This document shows, in pieces, positions 49,020-60,130 of a DNA stretch of 64,000 bases (positions are counted from its first letter, which is position 1; each line of letters begins with the position of its first letter). The notes under the pieces were generated by a model, which did no database searches, was not told the origin of the DNA, and saw only the letters and a program-made list of their open reading frames with translations. The stretch is from Bacteroidales bacterium (GTDB taxonomy: Bacteria > Bacteroidota > Bacteroidia > Bacteroidales > PUMT01): the NCBI GenBank assembly GCA_007132225.1, contig SLPB01000045.1:11940-75939 (forward strand), given 5' to 3'. The translations under genes and the position numbers were made by a program.

Positions 49020-52000
49020 ATGTCAGATGTGTTTAAAACAAAGAGACTTAGTAAAGTAGCAAGAGAATTTAATCTGGGAATTAGCACCATTGTGGATTTT
49101 CTCCGGAAAAAGGGACATGATATTGATGCAAATCCCAACACAAAGGTCTCTGAGGAACAATATAATATGCTTCTCAAAGAATATAGCTCTGAAATAAATG
49201 TTAAAAAGGAATCTGAGAAAATCAGCCTTAGAATTGCCCGCGAAAAAAAGGAATCTGTTTCAATTACTGATGAAGAAAAAGAGGAACCCTCTGTGCAGGA
49301 TGAATCTGATATTGCCGGAGTTGAAGATGAAGTTTTAATAAAAGATACGCAAGCAAAAAAACCTTCTCAACCAGAGCGGCCCAAAACAGTTTCAAAAACA
49401 AAAGAAGCTGCAGCTAAGACCGGGGAAGAAGAAAAGCCGGAGAAAAAAGAACCTGCAATCCAGGAAGAAACCAAAAAAATAGCGGCCGAACAGGAACCCG
49501 CCGCAGAAAAAAAAGAAGAAAAAGAGACCCAGGCACCAGGCTTAAAGATTGTGGGCAATATTGACCTGGATGCACTGACCAAAAAGAGCCGCACGGCAAA
49601 AAAAGAAAAAGAGCCTTCATCCAAAGATCCTGAAAAGGAGAAGACCGCTGAAAAACCGGCTGAAGAAACAGCTGAAAAACCGGTTGAAAAAACAGCTGAA
49701 GAACCGGCTGAGGAAACAACTGCAAAGCAGGTTGAAGAAAAAGCTGAAGAACCGGCTGAAGAAAAAGCTGAAAAACCAGCTGAAGAAAAAGCTGAAAAAC
49801 CAGCTGAAGAAAAAGCTGAAAAACCGGCTGAGGAAACAGCTGAAAAACCAGCTGAGGAAACAGCTGAAAAACCGGCTAAGGAAACAGCTGCAAAGCAGGT
49901 TGAAGAAAAAGCTGAAGAAGCTCCTGAAAAACCAATAGGGGAGTCCGGGGAGATAAAGCTCGCTGATGATTTTGTTTTTAAACATAAAGTAAAAAAGCTT
50001 GCCGGTCCTACCGTAGTTGGAAGGATTGATCTTCCTGAACAAGAAAAGAAAAAACCTGTTGCCTCTTCAAGCGATTCAGAACGAAACAAGAAAAAGAAAA
50101 GAAAACGAATCCGCAAAGAAGCGCAAAAACCATCTGCCGAATCAAAAGAAATATCAGCAGGTAAGCAAAGTGTGAAACAACCTGCTACTGAGCAGCAAAA
50201 ATCAAAAGTCCGGAAAAGTAAAAAAAGACCTGTAAGGCACGAAATAAGTGATGAAGATGTGCAGAAACAAATAAAAGATACTTTATCCAGACTTACTACC
50301 AAGGGTAAGTCCAAAGGAGCAAAATACAGGCGGGACAAACGCGAATTGCTTAGTCAGAAGCATCAGGATGAGACTGAAAAACAGGAACAGGAGAAAAAAA
50401 TTCTCAAGGTTACTGAATTTGTTACTGTCAATGAACTGGCCACGATGATGGATGTATCTGTAACTGATATTATCTCTTCATGTATGAGCCTGGGTCTGTT
50501 CGTGTCAATAAATCAACGCCTTGATGCCGAAACCATAGCACTGGTTGCAGAGGAATATGATTATCAGACAGAATTTGTAAGTATTGACCTCCAGGAAACA
50601 ATAGCAGAAGCAGATGAGATTGAAGATGAAAGCCTGCTAACCGAACGTCCCCCGATTGTTACAGTAATGGGGCATGTTGATCATGGTAAAACCTCATTAT
50701 TGGACTTCATACGTCATGCCAATGTTATTGCAGGGGAAGCAGGTTCAATTACACAGCATATCGGGGCTTACAGTGTTGAGCTCGACAATGGGAAGACAAT
50801 AACCTTTCTTGATACCCCGGGCCATGAGGCATTTACAGCTATGAGAGCAAGAGGGGCAAAAATAACTGATATTGCAATAATAGTAATAGCTGCCGACGAC
50901 AGCGTTATGCCCCAGACCGTAGAAGCAATAAACCATGCACATGCTGCCGGAGTACCCATAGTATTTGCAATTAATAAAATAGACAAGCCGGGAGCAAATA
51001 CTGACAAGATTAAAGAGCAACTTGCAAACATGAATTTCATGACTGAGGATTGGGGTGGTAAATACCAGTCTCAGGAAATATCAGCAAAAAACGGGATAAA
51101 TATTGAGGAACTACTGGAAAAAGTTTTGCTGGAGGCAGAAATTCTTGAACTTAAAGCCAATGCCCAGAAAAAAGCCTCCGGGACAGTAGTGGAGTCAGAG
51201 CTTGACAAGGGACGGGGCTACATAACAACTTTACTGGTTCAGACGGGAACACTTAAGCTGGGCGATATTGTGCTTGCCGGAGTAAATTATGGCCATGTAA
51301 AAGCCATCCAAAATGAGCGCGGCAAAGCTATTACTGAAGTCGGACCGGCAACACCTGCGTTGATCCTTGGACTCAATGGGGCGCCCCAGGCAGGGGACAA
51401 TTTCAACGTGATGTCGAGTGATAAAGAAGCCAGGGATATTGCCAACAAGAGAGAACAGCTGCAACGCGAACAGGGATTACGTACCCATAAACATATTACC
51501 CTTGATGAAATTGGCCGGCGCATCGCCATTGGTAATTTCCAGGAACTTAATATCATTATAAAAGGTGATGTGGATGGATCAGTCGAGGCTTTATCCGATT
51601 CCCTTATTAAACTCTCTACTGAAGAGATTCAGGTGAGAATAATCCATAAAGCTGTCGGACAAATCTCGGAATCAGACATACTTCTTGCTGCTGCTTCCAA
51701 TGCCATTGTCGTGGGTTTCCAGGTCAGGCCCTCTATGGCTGCCAGGAAACTTGCAGAAAAAGAAGAGATAGATATCAGGCTTTATTCCATTATCTACGAT
51801 GCAATTAATGAGATTAGATCGGCCATGGAAGGAATGCTGTCGCCTGAAATAAAAGAAGAGGTGGTAGCCACACTGGAAGTCAGAGAAACCTTTAAAATAA
51901 CAAAGGTCGGTACCATAGCAGGCTGTTTCGTAAAAGATGGAAAGATACACCGAAATACCAGAATTCGCCTTATAAGAGATGGCATAGTCATTTACACGGG

Positions 52001-52151
52001 AGAACTTGGATCTCTCAAAAGATTTAAAGATGATGTAAAGGAGGTGAATTCAGGATACGAATGTGGCCTCAATATTGCCAAATACAATGATATAAAGGTT
52101 GGAGATATCATAGAAGGCTTCCGGGAAGTCGAGTATAAAAAGACACTCTGA
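49020..52151 (+). CDS. infB: Translation initiation factor IF-2 with a long repetitive acidic/lysine-rich N-terminal region
   Basis: 1043 aa. The GTPase motifs are [14 protein letters not shown] and NKID. The conserved C-terminal domains are present. The N-terminal ~440 aa are low complexity. Confidence 0.97.
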   Translation: MSDVFKTKRLSKVAREFNLGISTIVDFLRKKGHDIDANPNTKVSEEQYNMLLKEYSSEINVKKESEKISLRIAREKKESVSITDEEKEEPSVQDESDIAGVEDEVLIKDTQAKKPSQPERPKTVSKTKEAAAKTGEEEKPEKKEPAIQEETKKIAAEQEPAAEKKEEKETQAPGLKIVGNIDLDALTKKSRTAKKEKEPSSKDPEKEKTAEKPAEETAEKPVEKTAEEPAEETTAKQVEEKAEEPAEEKAEKPAEEKAEKPAEEKAEKPAEETAEKPAEETAEKPAKETAAKQVEEKAEEAPEKPIGESGEIKLADDFVFKHKVKKLAGPTVVGRIDLPEQEKKKPVASSSDSERNKKKKRKRIRKEAQKPSAESKEISAGKQSVKQPATEQQKSKVRKSKKRPVRHEISDEDVQKQIKDTLSRLTTKGKSKGAKYRRDKRELLSQKHQDETEKQEQEKKILKVTEFVTVNELATMMDVSVTDIISSCMSLGLFVSINQRLDAETIALVAEEYDYQTEFVSIDLQETIAEADEIEDESLLTERPPIVTVMGHVDHGKTSLLDFIRHANVIAGEAGSITQHIGAYSVELDNGKTITFLDTPGHEAFTAMRARGAKITDIAIIVIAADDSVMPQTVEAINHAHAAGVPIVFAINKIDKPGANTDKIKEQLANMNFMTEDWGGKYQSQEISAKNGINIEELLEKVLLEAEILELKANAQKKASGTVVESELDKGRGYITTLLVQTGTLKLGDIVLAGVNYGHVKAIQNERGKAITEVGPATPALILGLNGAPQAGDNFNVMSSDKEARDIANKREQLQREQGLRTHKHITLDEIGRRIAIGNFQELNIIIKGDVDGSVEALSDSLIKLSTEEIQVRIIHKAVGQISESDILLAAASNAIVVGFQVRPSMAARKLAEKEEIDIRLYSIIYDAINEIRSAMEGMLSPEIKEEVVATLEVRETFKITKVGTIAGCFVKDGKIHRNTRIRLIRDGIVIYTGELGSLKRFKDDVKEVNSGYECGLNIAKYNDIKVGDIIEGFREVEYKKTL
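49647..49934 (+). repeat. In-frame tandem repeat array inside infB: 24 units of 12 nt (tetrapeptides [12 protein letters not shown]...)
   Basis: 288 nt read as 24 consecutive GCTGAA(A/G)AAnnn-type units. The 24-nt unit GCTGAAGAAAAAGCTGAAAAACCA is repeated almost exactly three times at 49757-49828. A higher-order repeat (A/T)[10 protein letters not shown] occurs twice. Confidence 0.9.
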
Positions 52152-52188
52152 TACCAGGGGAAAAATTAAACCTTATTAAAGTATGCTC

Positions 52189-52569
52189 TCAGGTTTCAAC
52201 AAGAGCCTTATAATCTTCTGCTGTGAGCAAACCGTCAAGCTGAGAAGGATCTGATATTTTAATCTTTATAATCCATCCATCACCATAAGGATCTTTATTA
52301 ACTATATCAGGGGTGTCCTCCAGTTTAGGATTAACATCTGTAATCTCTCCCGCAACAGGCATAAACAAATCAGAAACTGTCTTTACAGCTTCAATAGTGC
52401 CAAATATTTCGTCCTTATCCAGTGACTCGCCCCGGGTTTCTATTTCAATGAATACTATATCGCCCAGCTCACCCTGAGCAAAATCTGTAATTCCTACAGT
52501 TGCTTCACCGGATTCATGGCGAACCCATTCATGGTCTTTTGTGTACTTTAATTCATTAGGAATACTCAT
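52189..52569 (-). CDS. gcvH: Glycine cleavage system H protein
   Basis: It has YTKDHEWV and the lipoyl-Lys motif [11 protein letters not shown] 52569 gives a typical 126-aa protein. The track ORF extends to 52608. Confidence 0.93.
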   Translation of the reverse strand: MSIPNELKYTKDHEWVRHESGEATVGITDFAQGELGDIVFIEIETRGESLDKDEIFGTIEAVKTVSDLFMPVAGEITDVNPKLEDTPDIVNKDPYGDGWIIKIKISDPSQLDGLLTAEDYKALVET

Positions 52570-52613
52570 AATAATAATATTTTGATGATGTAATTTGAAT
52601 TTTGTCAATTACC

Positions 52614-52621
52614 CAAAATTA
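52614..52621 (-). promoter_or_regulatory. Candidate -7 box (TAATTTTG on the minus strand) for gcvH
   Basis: The reverse complement of 52614-52621 is TAATTTTG, an exact TAnnTTTG match, about 45 nt upstream of the gcvH ATG. Confidence 0.3.
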
Positions 52622-52654
52622 AGGATTTTTTAACTAATACACCAAAATAAAATA

Positions 52655-55600
52655 CTATTGAATAAGAGTAAATCTCAAACTGAACCCAAAGCTGGTATTG
52701 GTTATTGGGTAGGAAAGACTTACAATAGGCCTGTTTATAACACGATCAAAAAACACCCTGATATCAAAACGGTTACTTATAACATAATCGGCCGATGAAT
52801 TGATCGATATAACAGTTTGTCCTGCTGTTGGCTGCACACCCTCTTCAGCAAGTCTCCTTACAATTGTAAGATTCTCCCTTATAGAAAGATCAGCCCTGAC
52901 ATTAAGGTCACTTCTCAATTCCCTCTGTGTGCCTCCAGAGCGGTAAATAATCTGGAGGTCCCTGAACCGGTAGCCCAGTCCAAAAATAATTTCCTCACTC
53001 TGGATTTCGGATATCTGGTTGTTTGCAAAACTCAGCGAGACTGTCCGGGATTTTCTCAGCTCAGCTCTGGAAGTCAGGTCATTATTCCATGTAATATCCA
53101 GGTTTATTAAGGGATTAAACTGTTCACTTATAGCAACTGATGATATATCATACTCGGGAATGAAATTACCCCTCACATTATCCCGCACGAACCTGTAAGC
53201 ATCCTCTCCCCCGGCATAACTAAGGTTGGTCATATAATTAGACATACTGTAGGTTGAACGATAAGAATGATTAATATTTGCTGTTCGCATAATCCGGTTA
53301 AGTAATGGTACCCGTGAAAGACCATCATATACAATTCTCCAGTTGGGCATAGGTATAAGGGGAAATGTATTTAAGGTTACCCTTTGAGGATCCATTCCGC
53401 CATAGGCAGCCATAAATGCGGGCATTAATACATCCTGTGAAAGTCCATCAAAACCGTCAGGAAAACCATCCTCATCCAACTCTCCCGGATTGTAATCTGC
53501 CGGAAGCCGCCTTTCTTCAACAAGTCTGCCGGCAATTACACTCCTGAATCTGGTAAAGTCCTCATAAGCCTTGGAATAATAAGAATTTTCTCCGGCCGGT
53601 CTTTCAAAAGCGGTTCTCCAGGATATAAAAGTCATATTGAAATTTCCGGTATTTATTTTGTTGCTTGCATTAAAATTTCCAAACCTGTCAGCATAATAAT
53701 ATTCCTGCATATTTTCCACAAAAGTTCGACTTGCAGAAACATCAATACGTAATCCGGAAATTGGCTCAATGGTGCTCCTTAGATTAAAAGTATTACTATG
53801 GCTCATCATAAAAGGTTCATTAAGGGTAGTATCCGTGGTCATCCATCCTCTTCTTATAGATTTTCGGGCAAAATCAGGGTCCTGGTAACCAAAAACAAAG
53901 GGAAATCCCGGAGCAATAGCATCATTGTGTGCCCGGGTACCAAGCCAGTCGGTTTGTGGCAAATATCCGTGCATTATTGTACCGTCTGTATGTGAATAGG
54001 ATAACCCAATATTCCGGACTGACATAACAAGCCTGGAAGAATATTCAGCAAGTTTACTTAAAAGAGTTTCCCGAACCTCAACATTTCCTTCAACCATGAT
54101 GGTTGCACCTTCTATATCTCTATCGGCAGTGAAAGTAATCCTTCTATCATTAATAATCTCGGTTCTGCCCCTCACGGGCCTTCCCTGATTATCCAACACC
54201 CTGATAACCACCTCCTCAGTGTTCAGGTTATGATTAACAGTATATGCTTCCCCGGCAGTAATATTAATATTGCTGCCTTCATGCCTCACCCGCCTGAACT
54301 GGGGTTGAGCAGACTGAACAGGCTGGCCGGAGGTCCTGCTCCGTATCTGGCGGTCTTTTTGATTAATCCTTTCCAGGTATCCGATTTTATTATAAAGATT
54401 AACCAGATTAAACTGTGAGTTCAACTGTGTAGTATTACTGTTTTCAATAACATTGCCCAGATTGATGTTTACTGAATCAGGCAATATCATACCTGCATCC
54501 CAGCCATAAGAGGCATTATACCTTGCAGTAATATTGACCCAGTTAAAAACCGGTATCTTATTAATAGGGACGTTGTATGTTAAATTGGCAGAATGATAGT
54601 ACTGAGTGGTGCGTCCCAGGTTACGCAGATTTATTAAAACTGAATCTTTCCACTGCTGGTAACCACCGGGATCCCTGTACCGGTCTACTATACCTTCGGG
54701 CTCATCTATGCGGGCGGTGTTAGTGGCGGAAAACTCAAAACGCAGTTGCCTGGTAAGATCAAACCTGAGATCATAAAACCTGTTCCAGCGAAAATCCTTT
54801 TGGTGGGTTGGTGTGATAATAAAACCGGGATTATTAACATTTCTGAGCTGGGTGGCATGATAATACCGGTCCAGATCTGTTCTGAAGGAAAGGTAGGAGG
54901 GAGAATAATAAAAATTAAAATCCCTCAGCAGTCTTAATGCGGGAGAACTAAAAATATTCCAGTTACTAAATGGTGTTACATTCTGGGGCTGGGCAGTATA
55001 GCTGTAATTGAGCCCGCCACGGAAATTACGTTGAACCCGGTAGTCCGTATTTATATTTCTTCCATACATCTCACTAAATGAATAGTTCAGAGACCAGTTG
55101 CTGATATTGTAAAACCTTGGTTTATCAGTATCTCTGGCAAACTGCACATTTGTAAAATTCAGACTCCTCCTCCGGGTATAATCCTGTGCGATATCCCTAA
55201 TTGAATCTCTCTCTCTTCTGGTCTGAGCAGCATCAAGGGCATCCCTGAGGGGAACATCCGGATCAAGGGGATTATATTTTGGATTTATAAAACCCTCTGA
55301 ATATCCTAAATACAAAGGAATCCGGACACCTGAATCTTCAGGAAAAAATTTACCGAGTTCAAGGTTGGATGAAATATCATATTGATTAATCTGCTCCTGC
55401 ATTCTTTCGTTTACTTTTTTCTCGATACTCCCAAATCCGGACTGACTGGTAGCTCCTGCAAAAGTAAAATTACCAAGATCAGCCAGCCTTGCACTGAACC
55501 GGGCGTTGGCAGCCCATCCACTTTCATCATTAAAATTGGAGAGGCGAAGCTCATTTACCCATATCTCACCTGATTTGGTTAACCCGTCATCACCCGGCCG

Positions 55601-58600
55601 TGGGTTGGATTGGCGGCCGGGATTACGTATACCTATCATCATGGTACGCACATAACTCAGGTTGGGATTACCGACTACCGACATTCGATTATCACCGTCC
55701 ATCTGCGAAAAAACAGTTGAAACGTTAATACCAGTTCCGGGATTTTGCATTTGCAGATTCCTTTCCTGCTTTAACTGCTGAAAAATATCAAGTTCAATAT
55801 CCAGCCTGTTTTCATCGGGCCACACTATAAGCCTGTCGCTCTCCCTGTTGTTGTCGTAACGTCCTGAAGGGGTAACTTTTAAAGGTATCTCATATTCATA
55901 ATAGTTATTTCTGTAATCTGTCCCAAGCCTGATAAACATGGTAAGATCACCATCACCGAGATTTTCCCCGGTCAGGGCAGCCGCATGTACTTCCATCTGA
56001 ATTCTCTTATATTGCCTGATGTCAAGATTAAGATTTTTAAAAGCAGCTCTTGCATCCCCATCCTCAAGGTTTTCAACCTTCAGCAGCATGGATTGCTCAT
56101 TGAGCTGCTGCAGCTGTGGATTGGTAGGATCAATAACCCTGTCAATGCCTGGTGGCAGGACATAATTAACGGGTGTCTTGCTTGCATTTTCTTCTATATT
56201 TACAGAAGAAATATCAAATAATCCACCCTCCGGTTCCGGATGTGCCAGGCCTTCCTGCCCTTCCATCAGTGAAAGATTGTATTTTCTCCACTCACTTCTT
56301 ACAAGATCAAGTTTGGCAAATCTCATAATTACAGGTTCTTCAAAACCTTTAAGGAACATGCGCATAAAACGTATTGATTTGAAATCCTGTATAGGACCCA
56401 CTGACCTTTCATATTCAGATAACGGTATTTTGAACTGGTACCAGTTTACAGAAGATTGTTCACCATTGGGGAAATTTACTGTAGTACGAACTGAATCTAC
56501 AACATAGTTATGCCCCACACGCATATCTTCCGGTCTAATACTTACCCTGTACTGATAATATGCTTCTGACTTATTGAGTGTATTGTCCCGGTTAAGATCT
56601 TCGGTATTTGGCAGAGTAGTAGCAGATGTTGGAAACCTTTCGGGCGACTGTTCTGATGTAGGCGAGTTCCCTTCCATACCATTATAATATTTATACCTCT
56701 CCAGAATATCAGCCTCCTGATCATCCCATTCCCTGCCCCTGAAATATCTGTAATTATCACTGGAGGGATCTTCCCAAGAACTAAGCCATGCAGGTGAATC
56801 CTGTCCAAAAAGCTGGGCAATCTCATCAAGATAGTCTGAAAAAAAGGAACGTTCATCAACAGTGCGTAAACCATTCAGTCCGACATCCTGAAATTCACGG
56901 GCCTGCGGATTATTGTCAAAGGCATTTACAAGCGACTGCTGGGTTGGTACCCGCCCCCAGACGGTTGTGTCAACATCTGTAACCTCTTCACTGATTGGCA
57001 AACCATTTTCAAAGCTCTTGCGGCCGTCTTTCAGAATATCTTCCGAAACATTCCCAAGGTTAATGTAAAAGTCCCCGCCGCCGTATTCAGCTGCATGCTC
57101 AATAAAAGGATCCATAAGCCAAAACTCTACATACTCAATATTTGCTGCCTCGAAGTCTGTAGTTGAAAGCGCCCGCATTATACCTCCCCAGCGGCTGCCG
57201 GGATTCATCAACCTGCCGCTGGCATCGATGCCTGCAGAGTATTCGGTAGGCGCTACATCATAGTTATACGGGCCCTTCTCCCAGGGATAATAGTTTAAAT
57301 TCAAAACGGGAATATTCGTCGGAATGCCGCTGGGGGTCTCCCTTGCAGGAAAAAGTTCCCTTTCAAAAACCTCCCTGACAAAATGACTGGATTGCAACTC
57401 AGGGTTATTCTTTATATGATCAGGTGTAGCAGAAGTATTCCGTAAAAAGAGCGGATCAATCACGTACCAGGCCATAAGGGCCCGGTTAAATCCATATGCG
57501 AGATCATTGGAGAGGGCTGCTTCAGGAAAAAGAGGCTGTCCCTCCGGAGTGCTTGAAATAACCCATGCACTGGGAGTTTTAAGATCTATAGTGGTAGTTG
57601 TTGCCTCAAAATCGTCAATATAGGATACCCCTGCCCTGCCTAATGCCCGGGAATGTCCTGGTACCAGGTGTGCAAATTCACCCTGGAATGATATACTGGA
57701 AACTTCGTTTGTTTGTATAAACGGTAACCTGTCGACCATACTGGTCAAAAACCTGGACTCTCTGTGGTAGGAGGTGTTCACGCCCCAGATCGTATTGGAT
57801 ATAGGTTCGTTACCAAAACTTACCTTTTGGGTGAGTGGTCGCTCTGTAAGATTGAGAATAGTAGCCCCCACATTGAAATTGTCGGTGACACGGTAATCAA
57901 GATGTGTTCCCACAAGGGTTTTTGTCTGTATATCAAAAAGCTCCTGACTTTCAAGTGATATCCTTATTGGCGTGCCGGATTCGAGCAGGCCCTCGTTAAT
58001 TATCTGTACTCTCCCTAAAGAATAATCAACCGTATAGTCTACATTCTCCGTTAACTGTACACCACCGGCAGTAACATTTACAGACCCCCTTGGAACGTTC
58101 ATTGCATTCAAGGGGATCTCAGAACCTGTTGAGGACTGGTACGTGCCGGAAAGCATAAATTTGTTCTTTTCTGCAACCTGCCGTGCCCTGGTCCTGGTGG
58201 AATCATAAAGTTCCTGGAATACAAATCTTTCAGCCAGGGCATCATCACCAAATTTTCTTCTCAGGTGAGAACCAAAAGGCTCCAGCACGGGAAAAATAAT
58301 GCGCCCGTTATCTGAATTGATAGTTACACCTTCAATAAAGTCAAATGAACCGTCAGGATAAGGATCAAGCTGTGAGTTCAGATTATCCAGATTCATGACC
58401 CGTAACAGCTGCTGGTCCTGTATCTGTCCTGCGGGAATATAATTTAAAGCACTACCTGTCTGATCATCGTTATACAGTATATCCAATACAAAATTACTCC
58501 GGTTTACCTGCCATGCCCCGATTGAGTAAATATTTTTCATCATAAGATCCCAAGTCGGCATTCTGGGGGTAAGATTTGTGCCTTTTACAAGTTTAACAAT

Positions 58601-60118
58601 AAGAGCTTCGGGTGCCGTTATACCCTCACTGGAAAACTCACCAACCCTGAATGTCTCCCCTCCCATCGTATATTCAAATGCTACTGCCAAAACCTCATCA
58701 GCATTTAGTGCTGTATTAAGTGATATATATCCAAGCCTTGTATTAACCCTGTAATCACGGGAAGAAAGTTTTCTCGCATTCTCAATTTCTTCATAATCCT
58801 GTCCTACCATAAAATCAGGGGCAAGAGGCTGAAGTGTTGTATTCACCTGGTTTATATTTCTTATCCCCCCGTAGCTGGTTGTCATTAATTCATACAGGTT
58901 GTTAAGTGAGTTCCTCGGCTGATTCCCACGTTGTAATGGATCTTGTGTGAACAAATCTCCTGAAAATATATTATCACGATTCTCTGCCAGATCCATAAAA
59001 GCAATGATGTTTCTGGAGTTATCAAAATTATTCGTCTTATTGGTTACCCACACTTCAACTCTTGTAATATTAATACCTGAACTGATCACAGGCAGGTTAC
59101 GCAGTGAAGCCTCATAAGTATCCCTGAAATAATGCGAAAGAAAGAAATGCCTGTTGGCATCGTACTCATCAGCATAAACATTAAATTCCTGTGTCTGGGC
59201 ACCTCCCCGTACTTCAATGACTGAAGATTTTCCTTTCTGCTGAGAAAAGACGCTGGTAACCGTCAGGTTTCCAAACTGCAATTCAGTTTTCAGGCCAAAC
59301 AGGCTCTGGCTTCCTGTAATAAGTGACCCTGGCAGGGGCAATGTAACATTTCCTGCCTCTATCCTTTTAATAATCTCATCCTCGCTCCCGGAATATTCAA
59401 GTTTTGTCTGATTCTCAAATTCAAACATGGCCTCAGTGTTATAATTAATCCCCAGCCTGACCCGGTCGCCTATTGTACCGGCAACATTCATCTGTATCTT
59501 TTCCTGGAAATCAAATGTCGTTACACTTCTTAACTCCTCCTGTATATCGGGTCTTTCATTTTTCACTGTATTAATACCAAAAATAAGTTCAGCCGATCCC
59601 TGCGGCTGAATATTAACAACATCGCTCCCAAAAATCATATCAATAGCATCTCCCCCTATTGTCAGTCCTGGTAGGAATTCAGTTCTCGCATCCTCCGCCT
59701 GCCCCCGGGACCGCTGCTGCCAGTATTCACTCATAGACCTCTCCATTTTGTAGGAACGGTATTCCTGAAAAGTCATAATCCCGGGATGCCCGATTTCAAT
59801 CTGACCAAACTTTTGGCGAAAAAGGTAAGAATTTGTATTACCATCATACTCAGTTGTCAGCCTGAAATTATGAGGTAAAAGATGTATTGATAATGGTGAT
59901 GAGGCGCTTGTTTTGAAAGAGTTGCCGGAAGGGGGGTCAGCTATTGCTGGGTTCTCAGTATAAGGTGTGGTTTCATTTTCAATCTGGAATATCTCCGAAA
60001 ATTGATCAAAATCCTGAGATCTGGTTGCACTGCCCGGAGTTAAAATAAATACCCAAAACAATAATCCCCAATAAGATGCGCTGGAATATTTTGATGCGTT
60101 ATCCAATAGAAAAACCAA
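52655..60118 (-). CDS. sprA: SprA, the giant outer-membrane translocon of the type IX secretion / gliding motility system
   Basis: 2487 aa. Its size and sequence character match the Bacteroidota cell-surface protein SprA (very large beta-barrel; N/Y/F/R-rich strands; C-terminal ...SLRFTLIQ). The track ORF begins at TTG 60118 and the first in-frame ATG is more than 100 codons downstream. Confidence 0.92.
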   Translation of the reverse strand: MVFLLDNASKYSSASYWGLLFWVFILTPGSATRSQDFDQFSEIFQIENETTPYTENPAIADPPSGNSFKTSASSPLSIHLLPHNFRLTTEYDGNTNSYLFRQKFGQIEIGHPGIMTFQEYRSYKMERSMSEYWQQRSRGQAEDARTEFLPGLTIGGDAIDMIFGSDVVNIQPQGSAELIFGINTVKNERPDIQEELRSVTTFDFQEKIQMNVAGTIGDRVRLGINYNTEAMFEFENQTKLEYSGSEDEIIKRIEAGNVTLPLPGSLITGSQSLFGLKTELQFGNLTVTSVFSQQKGKSSVIEVRGGAQTQEFNVYADEYDANRHFFLSHYFRDTYEASLRNLPVISSGINITRVEVWVTNKTNNFDNSRNIIAFMDLAENRDNIFSGDLFTQDPLQRGNQPRNSLNNLYELMTTSYGGIRNINQVNTTLQPLAPDFMVGQDYEEIENARKLSSRDYRVNTRLGYISLNTALNADEVLAVAFEYTMGGETFRVGEFSSEGITAPEALIVKLVKGTNLTPRMPTWDLMMKNIYSIGAWQVNRSNFVLDILYNDDQTGSALNYIPAGQIQDQQLLRVMNLDNLNSQLDPYPDGSFDFIEGVTINSDNGRIIFPVLEPFGSHLRRKFGDDALAERFVFQELYDSTRTRARQVAEKNKFMLSGTYQSSTGSEIPLNAMNVPRGSVNVTAGGVQLTENVDYTVDYSLGRVQIINEGLLESGTPIRISLESQELFDIQTKTLVGTHLDYRVTDNFNVGATILNLTERPLTQKVSFGNEPISNTIWGVNTSYHRESRFLTSMVDRLPFIQTNEVSSISFQGEFAHLVPGHSRALGRAGVSYIDDFEATTTTIDLKTPSAWVISSTPEGQPLFPEAALSNDLAYGFNRALMAWYVIDPLFLRNTSATPDHIKNNPELQSSHFVREVFERELFPARETPSGIPTNIPVLNLNYYPWEKGPYNYDVAPTEYSAGIDASGRLMNPGSRWGGIMRALSTTDFEAANIEYVEFWLMDPFIEHAAEYGGGDFYINLGNVSEDILKDGRKSFENGLPISEEVTDVDTTVWGRVPTQQSLVNAFDNNPQAREFQDVGLNGLRTVDERSFFSDYLDEIAQLFGQDSPAWLSSWEDPSSDNYRYFRGREWDDQEADILERYKYYNGMEGNSPTSEQSPERFPTSATTLPNTEDLNRDNTLNKSEAYYQYRVSIRPEDMRVGHNYVVDSVRTTVNFPNGEQSSVNWYQFKIPLSEYERSVGPIQDFKSIRFMRMFLKGFEEPVIMRFAKLDLVRSEWRKYNLSLMEGQEGLAHPEPEGGLFDISSVNIEENASKTPVNYVLPPGIDRVIDPTNPQLQQLNEQSMLLKVENLEDGDARAAFKNLNLDIRQYKRIQMEVHAAALTGENLGDGDLTMFIRLGTDYRNNYYEYEIPLKVTPSGRYDNNRESDRLIVWPDENRLDIELDIFQQLKQERNLQMQNPGTGINVSTVFSQMDGDNRMSVVGNPNLSYVRTMMIGIRNPGRQSNPRPGDDGLTKSGEIWVNELRLSNFNDESGWAANARFSARLADLGNFTFAGATSQSGFGSIEKKVNERMQEQINQYDISSNLELGKFFPEDSGVRIPLYLGYSEGFINPKYNPLDPDVPLRDALDAAQTRRERDSIRDIAQDYTRRRSLNFTNVQFARDTDKPRFYNISNWSLNYSFSEMYGRNINTDYRVQRNFRGGLNYSYTAQPQNVTPFSNWNIFSSPALRLLRDFNFYYSPSYLSFRTDLDRYYHATQLRNVNNPGFIITPTHQKDFRWNRFYDLRFDLTRQLRFEFSATNTARIDEPEGIVDRYRDPGGYQQWKDSVLINLRNLGRTTQYYHSANLTYNVPINKIPVFNWVNITARYNASYGWDAGMILPDSVNINLGNVIENSNTTQLNSQFNLVNLYNKIGYLERINQKDRQIRSRTSGQPVQSAQPQFRRVRHEGSNINITAGEAYTVNHNLNTEEVVIRVLDNQGRPVRGRTEIINDRRITFTADRDIEGATIMVEGNVEVRETLLSKLAEYSSRLVMSVRNIGLSYSHTDGTIMHGYLPQTDWLGTRAHNDAIAPGFPFVFGYQDPDFARKSIRRGWMTTDTTLNEPFMMSHSNTFNLRSTIEPISGLRIDVSASRTFVENMQEYYYADRFGNFNASNKINTGNFNMTFISWRTAFERPAGENSYYSKAYEDFTRFRSVIAGRLVEERRLPADYNPGELDEDGFPDGFDGLSQDVLMPAFMAAYGGMDPQRVTLNTFPLIPMPNWRIVYDGLSRVPLLNRIMRTANINHSYRSTYSMSNYMTNLSYAGGEDAYRFVRDNVRGNFIPEYDISSVAISEQFNPLINLDITWNNDLTSRAELRKSRTVSLSFANNQISEIQSEEIIFGLGYRFRDLQIIYRSGGTQRELRSDLNVRADLSIRENLTIVRRLAEEGVQPTAGQTVISINSSADYVISNRFDIRVFFDRVINRPIVSLSYPITNTSFGFSLRFTLIQ

Positions 60119-60130
60119 TAAGTTAAGTAT

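Noticed and set aside
49367-50338. A 323-aa minus-strand ORF and several 84-141-aa ORFs in other frames (49414-49725, 49617-50042, 49684-49938) overlapping the infB N-terminal region.
   Set aside because: They are artefacts of the GAA/AAG/GCT-rich tandem repeats, which lack stop codons in several frames. Their products are monotonous (SSAGFSAV..., KKQLKN...) and simply mirror the repeat periodicity of IF-2.
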